64,000 nt of DNA from contig CAYUPH010000003.1 in assembly GCA_964446625.1 (NCBI GenBank), positions 64,192-128,191 of the forward strand, in the 5' to 3' direction. The stretch is from an uncultured Candidatus Saccharibacteria bacterium. GTDB lineage: Bacteria; Patescibacteriota; Minisyncoccia; Phycocordibacterales; CAIRYW01. Numbering within the stretch: position 1 is the stretch's first letter; each line of letters begins with the position of its first letter. Of this stretch, positions 8,901-18,643 are shown one piece after another. Position numbers and translations under genes: made by a program. Below the pieces are notes generated by a model, which was not told the DNA's origin, made no database searches, and saw only the letters and a list, made by a program, of their open reading frames with translations.

Positions 8901-9437
8901 TTATTTTTTTCGCTGTGAATTTTTTAATACTTCTATATCTTTTTGAAGAAGTGAGAGCATTTCTTCAATTCGACTAATTGTGTCACTTTTTTGTTTTGCA
9001 TTTTCTTCATCGCTACCTTCCTCAATCTCCTCAACATCCTCTTGAATCTCATCAATGTCCTCCTGAATTTCGTCGACGTCCTCTTGAATCTCATCAATGT
9101 CTTCCTGGATTTCATCGACATTTTCTTCGATTTCTTCTACGTCTTCTTGGATTTCATCAATGTCTTCCTGAATTTCGTCGATATCTTTTCCTACCTCTTC
9201 GATTTCTTTTGTGTTTTGGTTTACTGAATACTGAATGAGTATAGAGAGGTAAATAGCCTCGAGGGAAACCAAGGTTGTAAGGAAAAGAAGTACTTGGTCT
9301 AAGTTAAACCCAAAAAGCGGAAGAACGAGACATAGTATAAAAAAAAGTGTATGAAGAATAAGTGAAGGTACTGAACCTACAGAGCGTGTCACTTTCTCCG
9401 CCAGTGTGTCTTCGGTTTTGAGTACTTTCTCTTTCAT
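8901..9437 (-). CDS. DUF1003-like membrane protein with acidic coiled-coil tail
   Basis: VGS...LTTLVSLEAIYLSILIQ TM hairpin followed by repeated EDIDEIQ heptads. Confidence 0.8.
   Translation of the reverse strand: MKEKVLKTEDTLAEKVTRSVGSVPSLILHTLFFILCLVLPLFGFNLDQVLLFLTTLVSLEAIYLSILIQYSVNQNTKEIEEVGKDIDEIQEDIDEIQEDVEEIEENVDEIQEDIDEIQEDVDEIQEDIDEIQEDVEEIEEGSDEENAKQKSDTISRIEEMLSLLQKDIEVLKNSQRKK
9022..9204 (-). repeat. Coding 21-bp tandem repeat (E-D-[IV]-[DE]-E-I-[QE], about 8 units)
   Basis: KDIDEIQ EDIDEIQ EDVEEIE ENVDEIQ EDIDEIQ EDVDEIQ EDIDEIQ EDVEEIE. Confidence 0.85.
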
Positions 9438-9489
9438 ATGGCTATTCTAGCAAATAAACTTGAATTTAAAAACGATGACCTACTGTTTT

Positions 9490-9517
9490 TTGAGAATTTT
9501 CTGATTTCTGCTATAAT
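9490..9517 (+). promoter_or_regulatory. Sigma70-like promoter of the first atp unit (leaderless)
   Basis: TTGAGA-16-TATAAT with TG extension; GTG start 6 nt after the -10. Confidence 0.65.
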
Positions 9518-9523
9518 CCTCGC

Positions 9524-9772
9524 GTGGAAGAAAACAATATTCCAAAGGAAAAAGAGGTAGAAAAGCCTATAAAAACAAAAGCAGAGCTTATCGCTTTTGC
9601 ATACGACCTCGGTTTTGCAATCATTCTTCCGCTTGCACTTCTCGGCTTTGGAGGCAGATACCTCGACCGTTCACTCGGAACTTCACCCATTTTCCTTCTT
9701 GCAGGACTTCTACTCTCGTTGGTTTCAACTGGAATTATTATTGTTAAAAAAGTAAAAAAATTTAGCCTTTAG
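9524..9772 (+). CDS. AtpZ/AtpI-family protein
   Basis: LGFAIILP..GRYLDRSLGTSPIFLLAGLLL; first gene of the atp cluster. Confidence 0.85.
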   Translation: MEENNIPKEKEVEKPIKTKAELIAFAYDLGFAIILPLALLGFGGRYLDRSLGTSPIFLLAGLLLSLVSTGIIIVKKVKKFSL

Positions 9773-9777
9773 AATTT

Positions 9778-10635
9778 ATGCATATATCAATCGCAGCAGA
9801 AACACTTTTTCATATCGGCGCTTTCCCTGTCACAAACAGCATGCTTATGGCATGGATTGTCGTTATCTTTCTTTCTGTAACAGTCTTTTTTGTTAGTCGA
9901 AATCCAAAGAAAGTTCCAGGACGGCTTCAAGCGCTTATGGAGCTTATTCTCGAGAAATTTGTTGATTTTATGCAAGTGTTTACTGGCGACAGAGCTCTTG
10001 TAAAAAAATATCTTCCAATTGTTGGAACAATCTTTTTCTTTGTTCTCTTTTCTAACTGGGCAGGAATTTTGCCTGGAGTTGGAACAATAGGTTTTTATGA
10101 AAAACATGAGGAGGAAGCGGTCAAAGAAGTTGTGGACATAGAAGGAGTAGAGGGAAACCCTGCTTCTCCTTCCGAAGTTCACGAAGCCGAAGCTCCTACT
10201 TCAGAGACTGCAGAGCATGAAAACGCTCCGCTTGTACCATTCTTTAGATCTGGATTTGCTGACCTCAACATGACGCTTGCGCTAGCGCTCATTGTTGTGA
10301 TTTCAACACACATCATTGGGTTTGTTTCAATTGGAGTTTCGCACCACATAGGAAAATTCTTACAAAATCCATTCAAAAAACCTATCGGCGCTTTCATTGG
10401 TTTTCTAGAGCTTATTGGTGAAGTTTCAAGAGTTGTCTCATTTTCTTTTAGGCTTTTTGGAAACCTGTTTGCAGGAGAGGTTCTTCTCATGATTATTTCT
10501 TCTCTTGTTCCCTATTTTATTCCGATTCCGTTTCTAGGGCTTGAAGTATTCGTAGGTTTTGTGCAAGCACTCATCTTCTCTACCCTTGCAATGACTTTTA
10601 TCGCAGCTTCAACGCAGCACCACGAGGAGCACTAA
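9778..10635 (+). CDS. atpB: F0 ATP synthase subunit a
   Basis: PGRLQ, NWAGILPG, ADLNMTLALA, SFSFRLFGNLFAGE, VGFVQALIF. Confidence 0.96.
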   Translation: MHISIAAETLFHIGAFPVTNSMLMAWIVVIFLSVTVFFVSRNPKKVPGRLQALMELILEKFVDFMQVFTGDRALVKKYLPIVGTIFFFVLFSNWAGILPGVGTIGFYEKHEEEAVKEVVDIEGVEGNPASPSEVHEAEAPTSETAEHENAPLVPFFRSGFADLNMTLALALIVVISTHIIGFVSIGVSHHIGKFLQNPFKKPIGAFIGFLELIGEVSRVVSFSFRLFGNLFAGEVLLMIISSLVPYFIPIPFLGLEVFVGFVQALIFSTLAMTFIAASTQHHEEH

Positions 10636-10666
10636 ATAAAATTAAATTTAGGTAGAAAAGTAACCG

Positions 10667-10694
10667 GCCGGCGTTCCTCTAGAGGAACGCCGGC
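10667..10694. terminator. 28-nt perfect GC-rich palindrome at the left edge of the non-coding insert
   Basis: gccggcgttcctctagaggaacgccggc; U-rich stretch follows on the minus strand. Confidence 0.55.
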
Positions 10695-10759
10695 ACAACC
10701 CACCACTGAAAAAACTTTCACTTTAATTTTTGCACGCTTTAATAAAACCGTGCAAGTGG

Positions 10760-10918
10760 AAAACGAAGTCAGCCCAGTCCCCCGTGTGGGGACTGGGCTG
10801 TGAGCTTTGTTGAATGGGGAATGGGAGCCGCCACCGTGTGTGGCGCTTAGAAGGGGTACGCTCGTCCATTGTATCCTCCTTCGAGGGACTGTGCTCCCAA
10901 TTCAACCAACGAGCTCTA
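10760..10918 (-). ncRNA. Putative structured RNA, unit D (about 155 nt)
   Basis: TTGACA at 10953-10948 with weak -10 TATTAC; branched stem 10802-10916; 13-bp terminal hairpin 10770-10800. Strand less certain (some G-U pairs favour +). Confidence 0.45.
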
Positions 10919-10959
10919 ATTAGAGTAATAACATAGATGTATTTACATGTCAATACGTA

Positions 10960-11206
10960 AACGAAATGAGCCCCGGCCTCCTGCTTGCGCAAGTGACCGG
11001 AGCTCTCCAGAGAGTATTTCGGCGCTAAGTAGGCGTAAAAGCCGGCAGCAGCCCTCTCTGGATTCGGTGAACAAGTTATGGTGTAACCTCCAACCACACC
11101 TTAACCCATCCACCAAAGTGAGAGGACGGAGAACCAAACTTTCCTAAACCAACGGATTGTTAAGTGTTGATTTGCCTAGTTCTCCGCCCAAAAGAGCGAA
11201 AATTGT
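10960..11206 (-). ncRNA. Putative structured RNA, unit C (about 245 nt)
   Basis: TTGACA(11241-11236)-17-TAATAT(11218-11213); consecutive stems ggacggagaac/gttctccgccc, ggtg..cacc, tccagagag/ctctctgga, gagc.ccgg/ccgg.gctc; A-C mismatches read as G-U on the minus strand. Confidence 0.55.
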
Positions 11207-11244
11207 GAAGTGATATTACTCACATTTTCGCTCTTTGTCAATAT

Positions 11245-11574
11245 AAAATAAATGAGGAAGGTCCCGCCGGCACAGAGTGCTAGCGGGACCTTTTGTTAGC
11301 CACCCTGCTCCGGCGAATCCGACCCTTCGACTCGGTTTGGAGCATGAATGGCTCTACCTTTTGGTGGTTGCATGGCAACCTCTTTCGGCTAACCACCAAA
11401 TTGGGTGGCAGAGAAGCGCACGGCGCCTGATGAAACTCACCCGAGCCCAGCAGACAATTCCATTTTGCCCGCGCTTCTCCGCCAAATTTAAGGCCAAGGC
11501 GACGATTGATTTCCGAAAACCCGTCTAGTTGGGTTTATTTGCTGTTCGTCGCCTTGGCCAAAGCATGAAAACCG
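11245..11574 (-). ncRNA. Putative structured RNA, unit B (about 330 nt)
   Basis: TTGACT(11608-11603)-16-TAGGCT(11586-11581); 14-bp stem ggccaaggcgacga/tcgtcgccttggcc; gagaagcgc/gcgcttctc; gccaccc/gggtggc multiloop; terminal hairpin 11258-11292. Confidence 0.55.
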
Positions 11575-11607
11575 TTTATTAGCCTACTCCTTAAGTAAAA
11601 ATAGTCA

Positions 11608-11755
11608 AATGAAGATGGCCCGGCTGCAGCTGCAGCCGGGCCCCGATTCGAGCGTGCAAAAGCCCCGTTAAGCACCTCGATGTTCCGAGCGGCCAAGCGA
11701 ATGCACACAGGGCCCAGATACCCTGGTGCATTTCCGCTCGAAAGATTAAAAAGCC
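11608..11755 (-). ncRNA. Putative structured RNA, unit A (about 150 nt)
   Basis: TTGACA(11789-11784)-16-TATAGT(11767-11762); stems cgagcgg/ccgctcg, aatgcac/gtgcatt, caggg/ccctg; 26-nt perfect palindrome 11617-11642. Confidence 0.55.
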
Positions 11756-11800
11756 GCTAAAACTATACATTAAATATACTTAATGTCAAACAGTTTTCCC

Positions 11801-11829
11801 TTGCGAGAGCCTAAAATTTGGCTTATAAT
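11801..11829 (+). promoter_or_regulatory. Sigma70-like promoter for atpE and downstream genes
   Basis: TTGCGA-17-TATAAT, back-to-back with the unit A promoter. Confidence 0.7.
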
Positions 11830-11885
11830 ACGCGCAAATGACCGAAAGGTCTTATTTATTTGTTTATTAATAATTATAAAAAAAC

Positions 11886-12113
11886 ATGGAAGTAGAAAAC
11901 CTTAAAGTATTTGCAGCAGCCCTTGCTATCGGTGTCGGAGCTCTCGGTCCCGCTATTGGAATCGGAAACCTTGCCGGAAAAGCTATGGAATCAATTGGAC
12001 GAAATCCAGAAGCTGCTTCAAAAGTACAATCAGCGATGATTCTTGCTATCGCCTTTACAGAAGCGATTGCAGTTTACGCTCTTGTAGTTGCCCTTATTAT
12101 CCTTTTTGCTTAG
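11886..12113 (+). CDS. atpE: F0 subunit c
   Basis: [31 protein letters not shown]. Confidence 0.97.
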   Translation: MEVENLKVFAAALAIGVGALGPAIGIGNLAGKAMESIGRNPEAASKVQSAMILAIAFTEAIAVYALVVALIILFA

Positions 12114-12122
12114 TTTCTTTCC

Positions 12123-12641
12123 ATGGAGTCTCTCTTACACGCTCTTGGTATCGACTGGAAACTGCTAGTTGCACAGATTATAAACTTCGGTGTTCTAGCC
12201 TTTGTTCTTCATCGATTTGCATTCAAGCCTCTCATGAAAACTCTTGATGAGCGTATTTCTGGTGCAAAAGAAGCAGAAGAAAAGACTTCATCTATTGAAG
12301 AAAAACTAAATGAGATTAAAGCTCTCGAAGAAAAAGCACTTGCAGAGGCACGAGAAGTATCAAAAAAACTTATCGCTGATGCAGAAGCAAATGCCTCTGA
12401 CCTTCAAAAGAGACTTGAGGATGAAGCAGGAAAAGCCGTATCCGACTTTAGAACTTCCGAAATGAAGAAGCTAGAGGAAGAGAAAAAGGCTTTTTTTGGT
12501 TCACTAAAAAAAGAAGTTCATGAACTTGTTGCCCTCTCTGTTGAAAAAGCAGTTGGAGAGTATGCAACTCCTGAACTCAAAGCAAAAATGACCTCTGAAG
12601 CTCTTACAGAGCTAGAGAAGTTTGCAAAACACAATGATTAG
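12123..12641 (+). CDS. atpF: F0 subunit b
   Basis: LGIDWKLLVAQIINFGVL..FKPLMKTLDER followed by coiled coil. Confidence 0.93.
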   Translation: MESLLHALGIDWKLLVAQIINFGVLAFVLHRFAFKPLMKTLDERISGAKEAEEKTSSIEEKLNEIKALEEKALAEAREVSKKLIADAEANASDLQKRLEDEAGKAVSDFRTSEMKKLEEEKKAFFGSLKKEVHELVALSVEKAVGEYATPELKAKMTSEALTELEKFAKHND

Positions 12642-13005
12642 TTCAAAGACACTAGGTGAAGCGTTTGCAGAAAAGCTTGCGGAAGCAAGCGGAAAAGCAG
12701 AAGCAGACAAAGCGGTAAAAGAATTTGCTGCTTTTGTTGTTTCAGAAGGACGAACAGGAAGTGTTCCTCGAATTATCGCTGCCTTTACTAAAAAGTGGAA
12801 TGAACTAAAAAACGAAGTAGATATAAAAGTGGAGTATGCTGGTGAAAAGCCTGATTTTCCTCATAAAATTCATGGCAAAAACACAAGTGTTTCGTACAAG
12901 CAAAACGATGCGCTTATCGGCGGAATGACAGCGTCTATTGGAGACTATCTTATCGATGCGTCAATTCAAGGACGAATAAATAAAATTAAAAATATTACCC
13001 GGTAG
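12634..13005 (+). CDS. atpH: F1 subunit delta (short form)
   Basis: Position between b and alpha; LIGGM..IGDYLIDASIQGRI motif; ATG 12634. Confidence 0.85.
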   Translation: MISSKTLGEAFAEKLAEASGKAEADKAVKEFAAFVVSEGRTGSVPRIIAAFTKKWNELKNEVDIKVEYAGEKPDFPHKIHGKNTSVSYKQNDALIGGMTASIGDYLIDASIQGRINKIKNITR

Positions 13006-13029
13006 TTATTATTAGCTAAAAAGACAGGA

Positions 13030-14553
13030 ATGAATAAAGATTCAATAATTGAAGAACTAAAAAGTGAAATCGGAAAACTGAAGGCTGATCCTTCGTTTTC
13101 ACATTTCGGAGAGGTCGTAAAAATTGCGGACGGTGTAGCGTCTATCAAGGGACTCCGTGAAGTAAGATACTCTGAAATGATCGAGTTTGAAGACAAAAAT
13201 GGTGCAAAAATCCCAGGGGTAGCCTTAAACCTTGAAGAAGACCTTGTGGGAGCGATTGTACTTGGAAACGACCTTGGTATTTCTGAGGGTGGAAAAGTAA
13301 CAAACACGGGCAAAATCCTCTCGATTCCTGTCTCAGAGGATATTGTTGGACGAGTTGTGGACGGACTTGGAGCTCCAAAAGACGGTGGTGCTCCCCTTTC
13401 AAATACAAAACTCATGCCTCTTGAGAAAATCGCGCCGGGTGTGATTACTCGAGAATCTGTGAAGACTCCTCTTCACACAGGTATTACAGCAGTAGACGCC
13501 ATGATTCCAATTGGACGAGGACAGCGTCAGCTTATTATTGGTGACAGACAAACTGGAAAGACTGCAATTGCAATCGATACAATCATTCACCAGAAGAACG
13601 AAAAGAACCGACCAATTTGTATTTATGTTGCCATCGGTCAAAAAGAATCTAAAGTTGCGCAAATTGTAGAGCGACTAAAGAGAGCTGGTGCAATGGAATA
13701 CACAGTAGTTGTATCTGCGTCAGCATCTAACCCAGCATCTCTTCAATACCTAGCACCTTACACAGGATGTTCAATTGGAGAATTTTTTATGGAACAAGGG
13801 AAAGACGTTCTTGTTGTCTACGATGATCTTTCAAAACATGCGTGGGCATACAGACAGATTTCTCTCCTTCTCAAGCGTCCACCAGGACGAGAAGCTTACC
13901 CTGGAGATGTATTTTATCTTCACTCAAGACTTCTCGAGCGAGCAGGACGACTAAACAAAGAGTTTGGCGGAGGATCGATTACAGCGCTTCCTATTATTGA
14001 AACTCAGCTTGGAGATATCTCTGCATACATTCCAACAAACGTTATTTCTATTACTGACGGACAAATCTTCCTTGAGTCTGATCTTTTCTTTAAAGGTATT
14101 AGACCAGCGATTAACGTCGGACTTTCTGTGTCTCGAGTAGGATCAAGTGCTCAAACAAAAGCAATGAAAAAAGTTGCAGGAAAAATGCGACTAGACCTAG
14201 CGCAGTTTCGAAGTCTTGAAGCCTTTGCTCAGTTCGGATCTGACCTCGACGAAGGAACAAAGAGACAAATTGCACAAGGACGACGAATGACAGAGCTCCT
14301 AAAGCAACCACAGTTTGCGACAAAGCCTTTTTATGAAATGGCAATTGTAATCTTTGCAGTAGCAAACGGACTTTTTGACAGTATTGAAGTATCAAAAATC
14401 AGAGAAGCTGAAAAGGGGCTTGTTAAATTCCTAAAAGACGAACATCACACTCTTCTTAGTACAATTGCGGATAATGCTGAACTTTCAGATGACTCAGTTC
14501 AAAAACTAAAAGAGGTTATCGCTGATTACACTACAAACTACTTCAATAAGTAG
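13030..14553 (+). CDS. atpA: F1 subunit alpha
   Basis: [30 protein letters not shown]. Confidence 0.98.
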   Translation: MNKDSIIEELKSEIGKLKADPSFSHFGEVVKIADGVASIKGLREVRYSEMIEFEDKNGAKIPGVALNLEEDLVGAIVLGNDLGISEGGKVTNTGKILSIPVSEDIVGRVVDGLGAPKDGGAPLSNTKLMPLEKIAPGVITRESVKTPLHTGITAVDAMIPIGRGQRQLIIGDRQTGKTAIAIDTIIHQKNEKNRPICIYVAIGQKESKVAQIVERLKRAGAMEYTVVVSASASNPASLQYLAPYTGCSIGEFFMEQGKDVLVVYDDLSKHAWAYRQISLLLKRPPGREAYPGDVFYLHSRLLERAGRLNKEFGGGSITALPIIETQLGDISAYIPTNVISITDGQIFLESDLFFKGIRPAINVGLSVSRVGSSAQTKAMKKVAGKMRLDLAQFRSLEAFAQFGSDLDEGTKRQIAQGRRMTELLKQPQFATKPFYEMAIVIFAVANGLFDSIEVSKIREAEKGLVKFLKDEHHTLLSTIADNAELSDDSVQKLKEVIADYTTNYFNK

Positions 14554-14572
14554 TAAAAAGTAAACAAAAAAA

Positions 14573-15502
14573 ATGGCAGGAGCGCGCGCAATCAAAACTC
14601 GCATAAAGTCTACAAAAAATATCCAGCAGATTACAAAAGCGATGGAAGCGGTTTCTGCTGTGAAGATGCGAAAGAGCGAGGCTGCTGCCCTTCATGGTAG
14701 ACCATACGCGCTCTATGCGCTCCAAATTTTGCGAAAGATTGAAAGCGGAACAGAGGAATCCCTAAAAGCCCTCTCTCCTTTCTTTGAAAAAGTGGAAGGA
14801 GTAAATAAGGTGTGCTTTATTGTTGTTGCCTCAGACAAGGGTCTTGCAGGAAGCTTTAACAGCAATGTTCTAAAAAAAGCTCACGAAGTGATTTCAAAGG
14901 AAACTCTCCCTGTTTCTGTAGTCGCTGTTGGAAAAAAAGCACGAGACTACTTTGAAAGAAAAGGAATTCCACTTGAAGCTACATTTGAAGGAATTGGAGA
15001 TTTTGCAACAATGGAAGAGTGTAGTCCTATTGCAGAGCTTGCGACTTCCCTTTTCCTTCAAAAAAAATATTCTAAAATAAATATTGTATACACAAACTTC
15101 GTCTCTGCTCTAAAACAAGAAGCAGTCCTTCGCCCCCTCCTTCCTCTTTCAAGAGAAACTCTTGAGGAAGTAACTGCAAATATTATTCCGGAAACAGGAA
15201 AATTTTCACACCTCCGAAACAATGTTTCAAACGATACTGAATACAAATTTGAACCAACACCCGCGACAATAATAAAGGAGCTTGTTCCTCTGCTTGTTGA
15301 AATCGAAATTTTTCATAGTATTCTGGAAGCGAACGCTTCAGAGCACTCGGCGCGAATGGTTGCCATGAAGAACGCATCAGACAACGCCAAGGATATTATC
15401 GGAAAGCTTACAATCAAATACAACAAAGAACGTCAGGCACAAATCACAAAAGAACTTATCGAAATCACGAGCGGAAAAGAAGCATTATCAAAAGAAGAAT
15501 AA
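14573..15502 (+). CDS. atpG: F1 subunit gamma
   Basis: ITKAMEAVS, SDKGLAGSFN, SEHSARMVAMKNASDNA, RQAQITKELIEI. Confidence 0.97.
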   Translation: MAGARAIKTRIKSTKNIQQITKAMEAVSAVKMRKSEAAALHGRPYALYALQILRKIESGTEESLKALSPFFEKVEGVNKVCFIVVASDKGLAGSFNSNVLKKAHEVISKETLPVSVVAVGKKARDYFERKGIPLEATFEGIGDFATMEECSPIAELATSLFLQKKYSKINIVYTNFVSALKQEAVLRPLLPLSRETLEEVTANIIPETGKFSHLRNNVSNDTEYKFEPTPATIIKELVPLLVEIEIFHSILEANASEHSARMVAMKNASDNAKDIIGKLTIKYNKERQAQITKELIEITSGKEALSKEE

Positions 15503-15504
15503 AT

Positions 15505-15678
15505 ATGGAAAATAAAAAAAAGTTAAATCGAATAGAAAAAATTTACATCGCTTTTTTTATTCTTTTGTTAGGGTTTGTTTTAATAACTAATCCAACATTG
15601 GAGGGGGTTGCACATGTAATTAGCGGAGCAGTGATTCTCTATTTAATTTACCTTTTTAACAAAAAATATTTTAAGTAA
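15505..15678 (+). CDS. 57-aa two-TM microprotein inside the atp operon (below the ORF-track cutoff)
   Basis: MENKKKLNRIEKIYIAFFILLLGFVLITNPTLEGVAHVISGAVILYLIYLFNKKYFK*; starts 2 nt after the atpG stop. Confidence 0.65.
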   Translation: MENKKKLNRIEKIYIAFFILLLGFVLITNPTLEGVAHVISGAVILYLIYLFNKKYFK

Positions 15679-17088
<1,410 letters not shown>

Positions 17089-17090
17089 TT

Positions 17091-17378
17091 ATGGCAGAAA
17101 GATTTTCTGCAGATGAAGGCGGATGGAATGAAGTGCAGCAAAAAGCTTTAAAAGAACTTTATTCAGAGAGTGGAGCTGAGACGATAGATGAAAAAATTGC
17201 TGTTCATGAAGGAATTTACGGAAAATCAAATTTTTATGGAACCGCCATTGACCATGAGTCCGATCAGCCTGTTAGTCAGGAATTTGTAGGAAGATTGGTG
17301 GATATTACTGAGGAACAAAAATTAAAAATGCACGAGTATACTTATCTTGAAGGACTTGGTCTTATAAATATTGTCTAA
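17091..17378 (+). CDS. Acidic hypothetical protein between atpD and atpC
   Basis: 95-aa ORF with 2-nt and 5-nt gaps to its neighbours. Confidence 0.7.
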   Translation: MAERFSADEGGWNEVQQKALKELYSESGAETIDEKIAVHEGIYGKSNFYGTAIDHESDQPVSQEFVGRLVDITEEQKLKMHEYTYLEGLGLINIV

Positions 17379-17383
17379 AACAA

Positions 17384-17605
17384 ATGTATCTAAAAATTCA
17401 CACACTAGAAGGAACAAAATTTGAAGGAGAAGTAGATTCTGTTACTTTGCCTGCTTCTGACGGTGAAATTACTATTCTTCCAGGACACATTCCCCTCATT
17501 ACAACCCTATCTATTGGCAATATAAAGACCGCTAAGGAAAGTTTTCCTATAACAGGTGGTGTTGCTGAGGTAGACGACAAGGGTGTCGTTGTTCTCGCAA
17601 GCTAA
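17384..17605 (+). CDS. atpC: F1 subunit epsilon, N-terminal beta-sandwich only
   Basis: VTLPASDGEITILPGHIPLITTL..GGVAEV; ends before the C-terminal helices. Confidence 0.9.
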   Translation: MYLKIHTLEGTKFEGEVDSVTLPASDGEITILPGHIPLITTLSIGNIKTAKESFPITGGVAEVDDKGVVVLAS

Positions 17606-17609
17606 TACA

Positions 17610-18641
17610 TTAGTTTAAAGTGAGTGTAAACTCACTGTCCTTATCTTTTTCGAAAAGACCAGTCTCGGTTGCGTATGTTTTCACACTAACGGTCTTTGTG
17701 CTTGGTGTAAAAGTGTAAACGCGAAGTTTTCCCTCACCACCTCTTGTGCGTCCTTGGTAGTTTTGTACAATTTCAAACACATCTTCCCCGCAAGAGTTTT
17801 TAGATACTTGCCTCGCTTCTCCGTCAACGGTGTGAAAATGTCCGTTAAGTACAAAATCTACATTACAATGTGGATAAACTAACTTTTTAAATAGATTTTC
17901 TCCTGTATTTCCACCTTTTGTATAGTCGAGCTCCGTAGACCGACCAGAATCGTCGTCGCTTAGGTAAAGGTGTGTACTTAAAATAACCATTCTGTCTTTG
18001 TTTTGAGAGATAATCTTGCTTGCCCAGGCAATTACCTCATTATCCGCTTCTACTTCAAGGTTAAGGAAGAGTAGTTTTACTCCATTTGCTTCTACGAGAG
18101 AATAGTTGTTGCGGTTATCTCTAAAACTACCTCCAAAAGAAGAAAACCCTTTGAATTTCTTCTCTCCAAAATACTTTTGATACGTTTTGTACCTTGCTTC
18201 TAAATTACCATCTTCTTCCATATCATGGTTTCCCGGAAGCACTTCATACGGCACCTTGTCATCTAAAAGACTAAGGCAATTTGAAACATTCCCCCACTCT
18301 TTTAAGTCTTTACCTCCGTCTTCTACCAAGTCCCCCAATTGATTTACAAAGGCTATGTTTAGTTTCTCTTTGTTTTCAAGTACCCAGTTAGCTTGTCCGC
18401 AAGTTGTTTCAGGGAAAAATTTTGAATAAACCTGCGTGTCTGGAAGAATGACGACTGAAAAAGATTTTGTACTATCTACTGCCTCAAACTCTTGTCTGTT
18501 TAGGTTTTTACCAGGTTCTCCTGTATGTCTTTTTGGGCCAGCTAAACTTGATCTACCAGCAAAATAAACAATAAGGAAAAGAACAAGAGACGAGAAAGCG
18601 ACGGTGGCAAGAATGTAAAGAACATACTTTTTAAAACTCAT
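17610..18641 (-). CDS. Membrane-anchored calcineurin-like metallophosphoesterase
   Basis: PDTQ, LGDLV, PGNHD, STH, GHFH motifs; N-terminal TM. Confidence 0.88.
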   Translation of the reverse strand: MSFKKYVLYILATVAFSSLVLFLIVYFAGRSSLAGPKRHTGEPGKNLNRQEFEAVDSTKSFSVVILPDTQVYSKFFPETTCGQANWVLENKEKLNIAFVNQLGDLVEDGGKDLKEWGNVSNCLSLLDDKVPYEVLPGNHDMEEDGNLEARYKTYQKYFGEKKFKGFSSFGGSFRDNRNNYSLVEANGVKLLFLNLEVEADNEVIAWASKIISQNKDRMVILSTHLYLSDDDSGRSTELDYTKGGNTGENLFKKLVYPHCNVDFVLNGHFHTVDGEARQVSKNSCGEDVFEIVQNYQGRTRGGEGKLRVYTFTPSTKTVSVKTYATETGLFEKDKDSEFTLTLN

Positions 18642-18643
18642 AT

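Noticed and set aside
9022-9204. CRISPR-like or non-coding tandem repeat
   Set aside because: In-frame 21-bp coding repeat with no spacers.
11428-11440. Hammerhead ribozyme core (CTGATGA)
   Set aside because: No stem II followed by GAAA at the required position.
10723-11528. Track ORFs inside the atpB-atpE insert (124, 64, 66, 83 aa)
   Set aside because: Atypical composition, they cross predicted promoters and hairpins, and GC-rich DNA yields such ORFs by chance.
11250-11580. RNase P RNA (GAGGAAGGTCC resembles GAGGAAAGUCC)
   Set aside because: No complementary 3' P4 strand of the ACAGAA..CGGCUUA type; the motif is instead locked in a local hairpin.
10660-11790. tmRNA, SRP RNA, group I/II intron or CRISPR array
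   Set aside because: No tRNA-like ends, no SRP GNRA/AGCAG domain with correct pairing, no intron domain V or P7 motif recognised, and no regularly spaced direct repeats. A covariance search is still needed.
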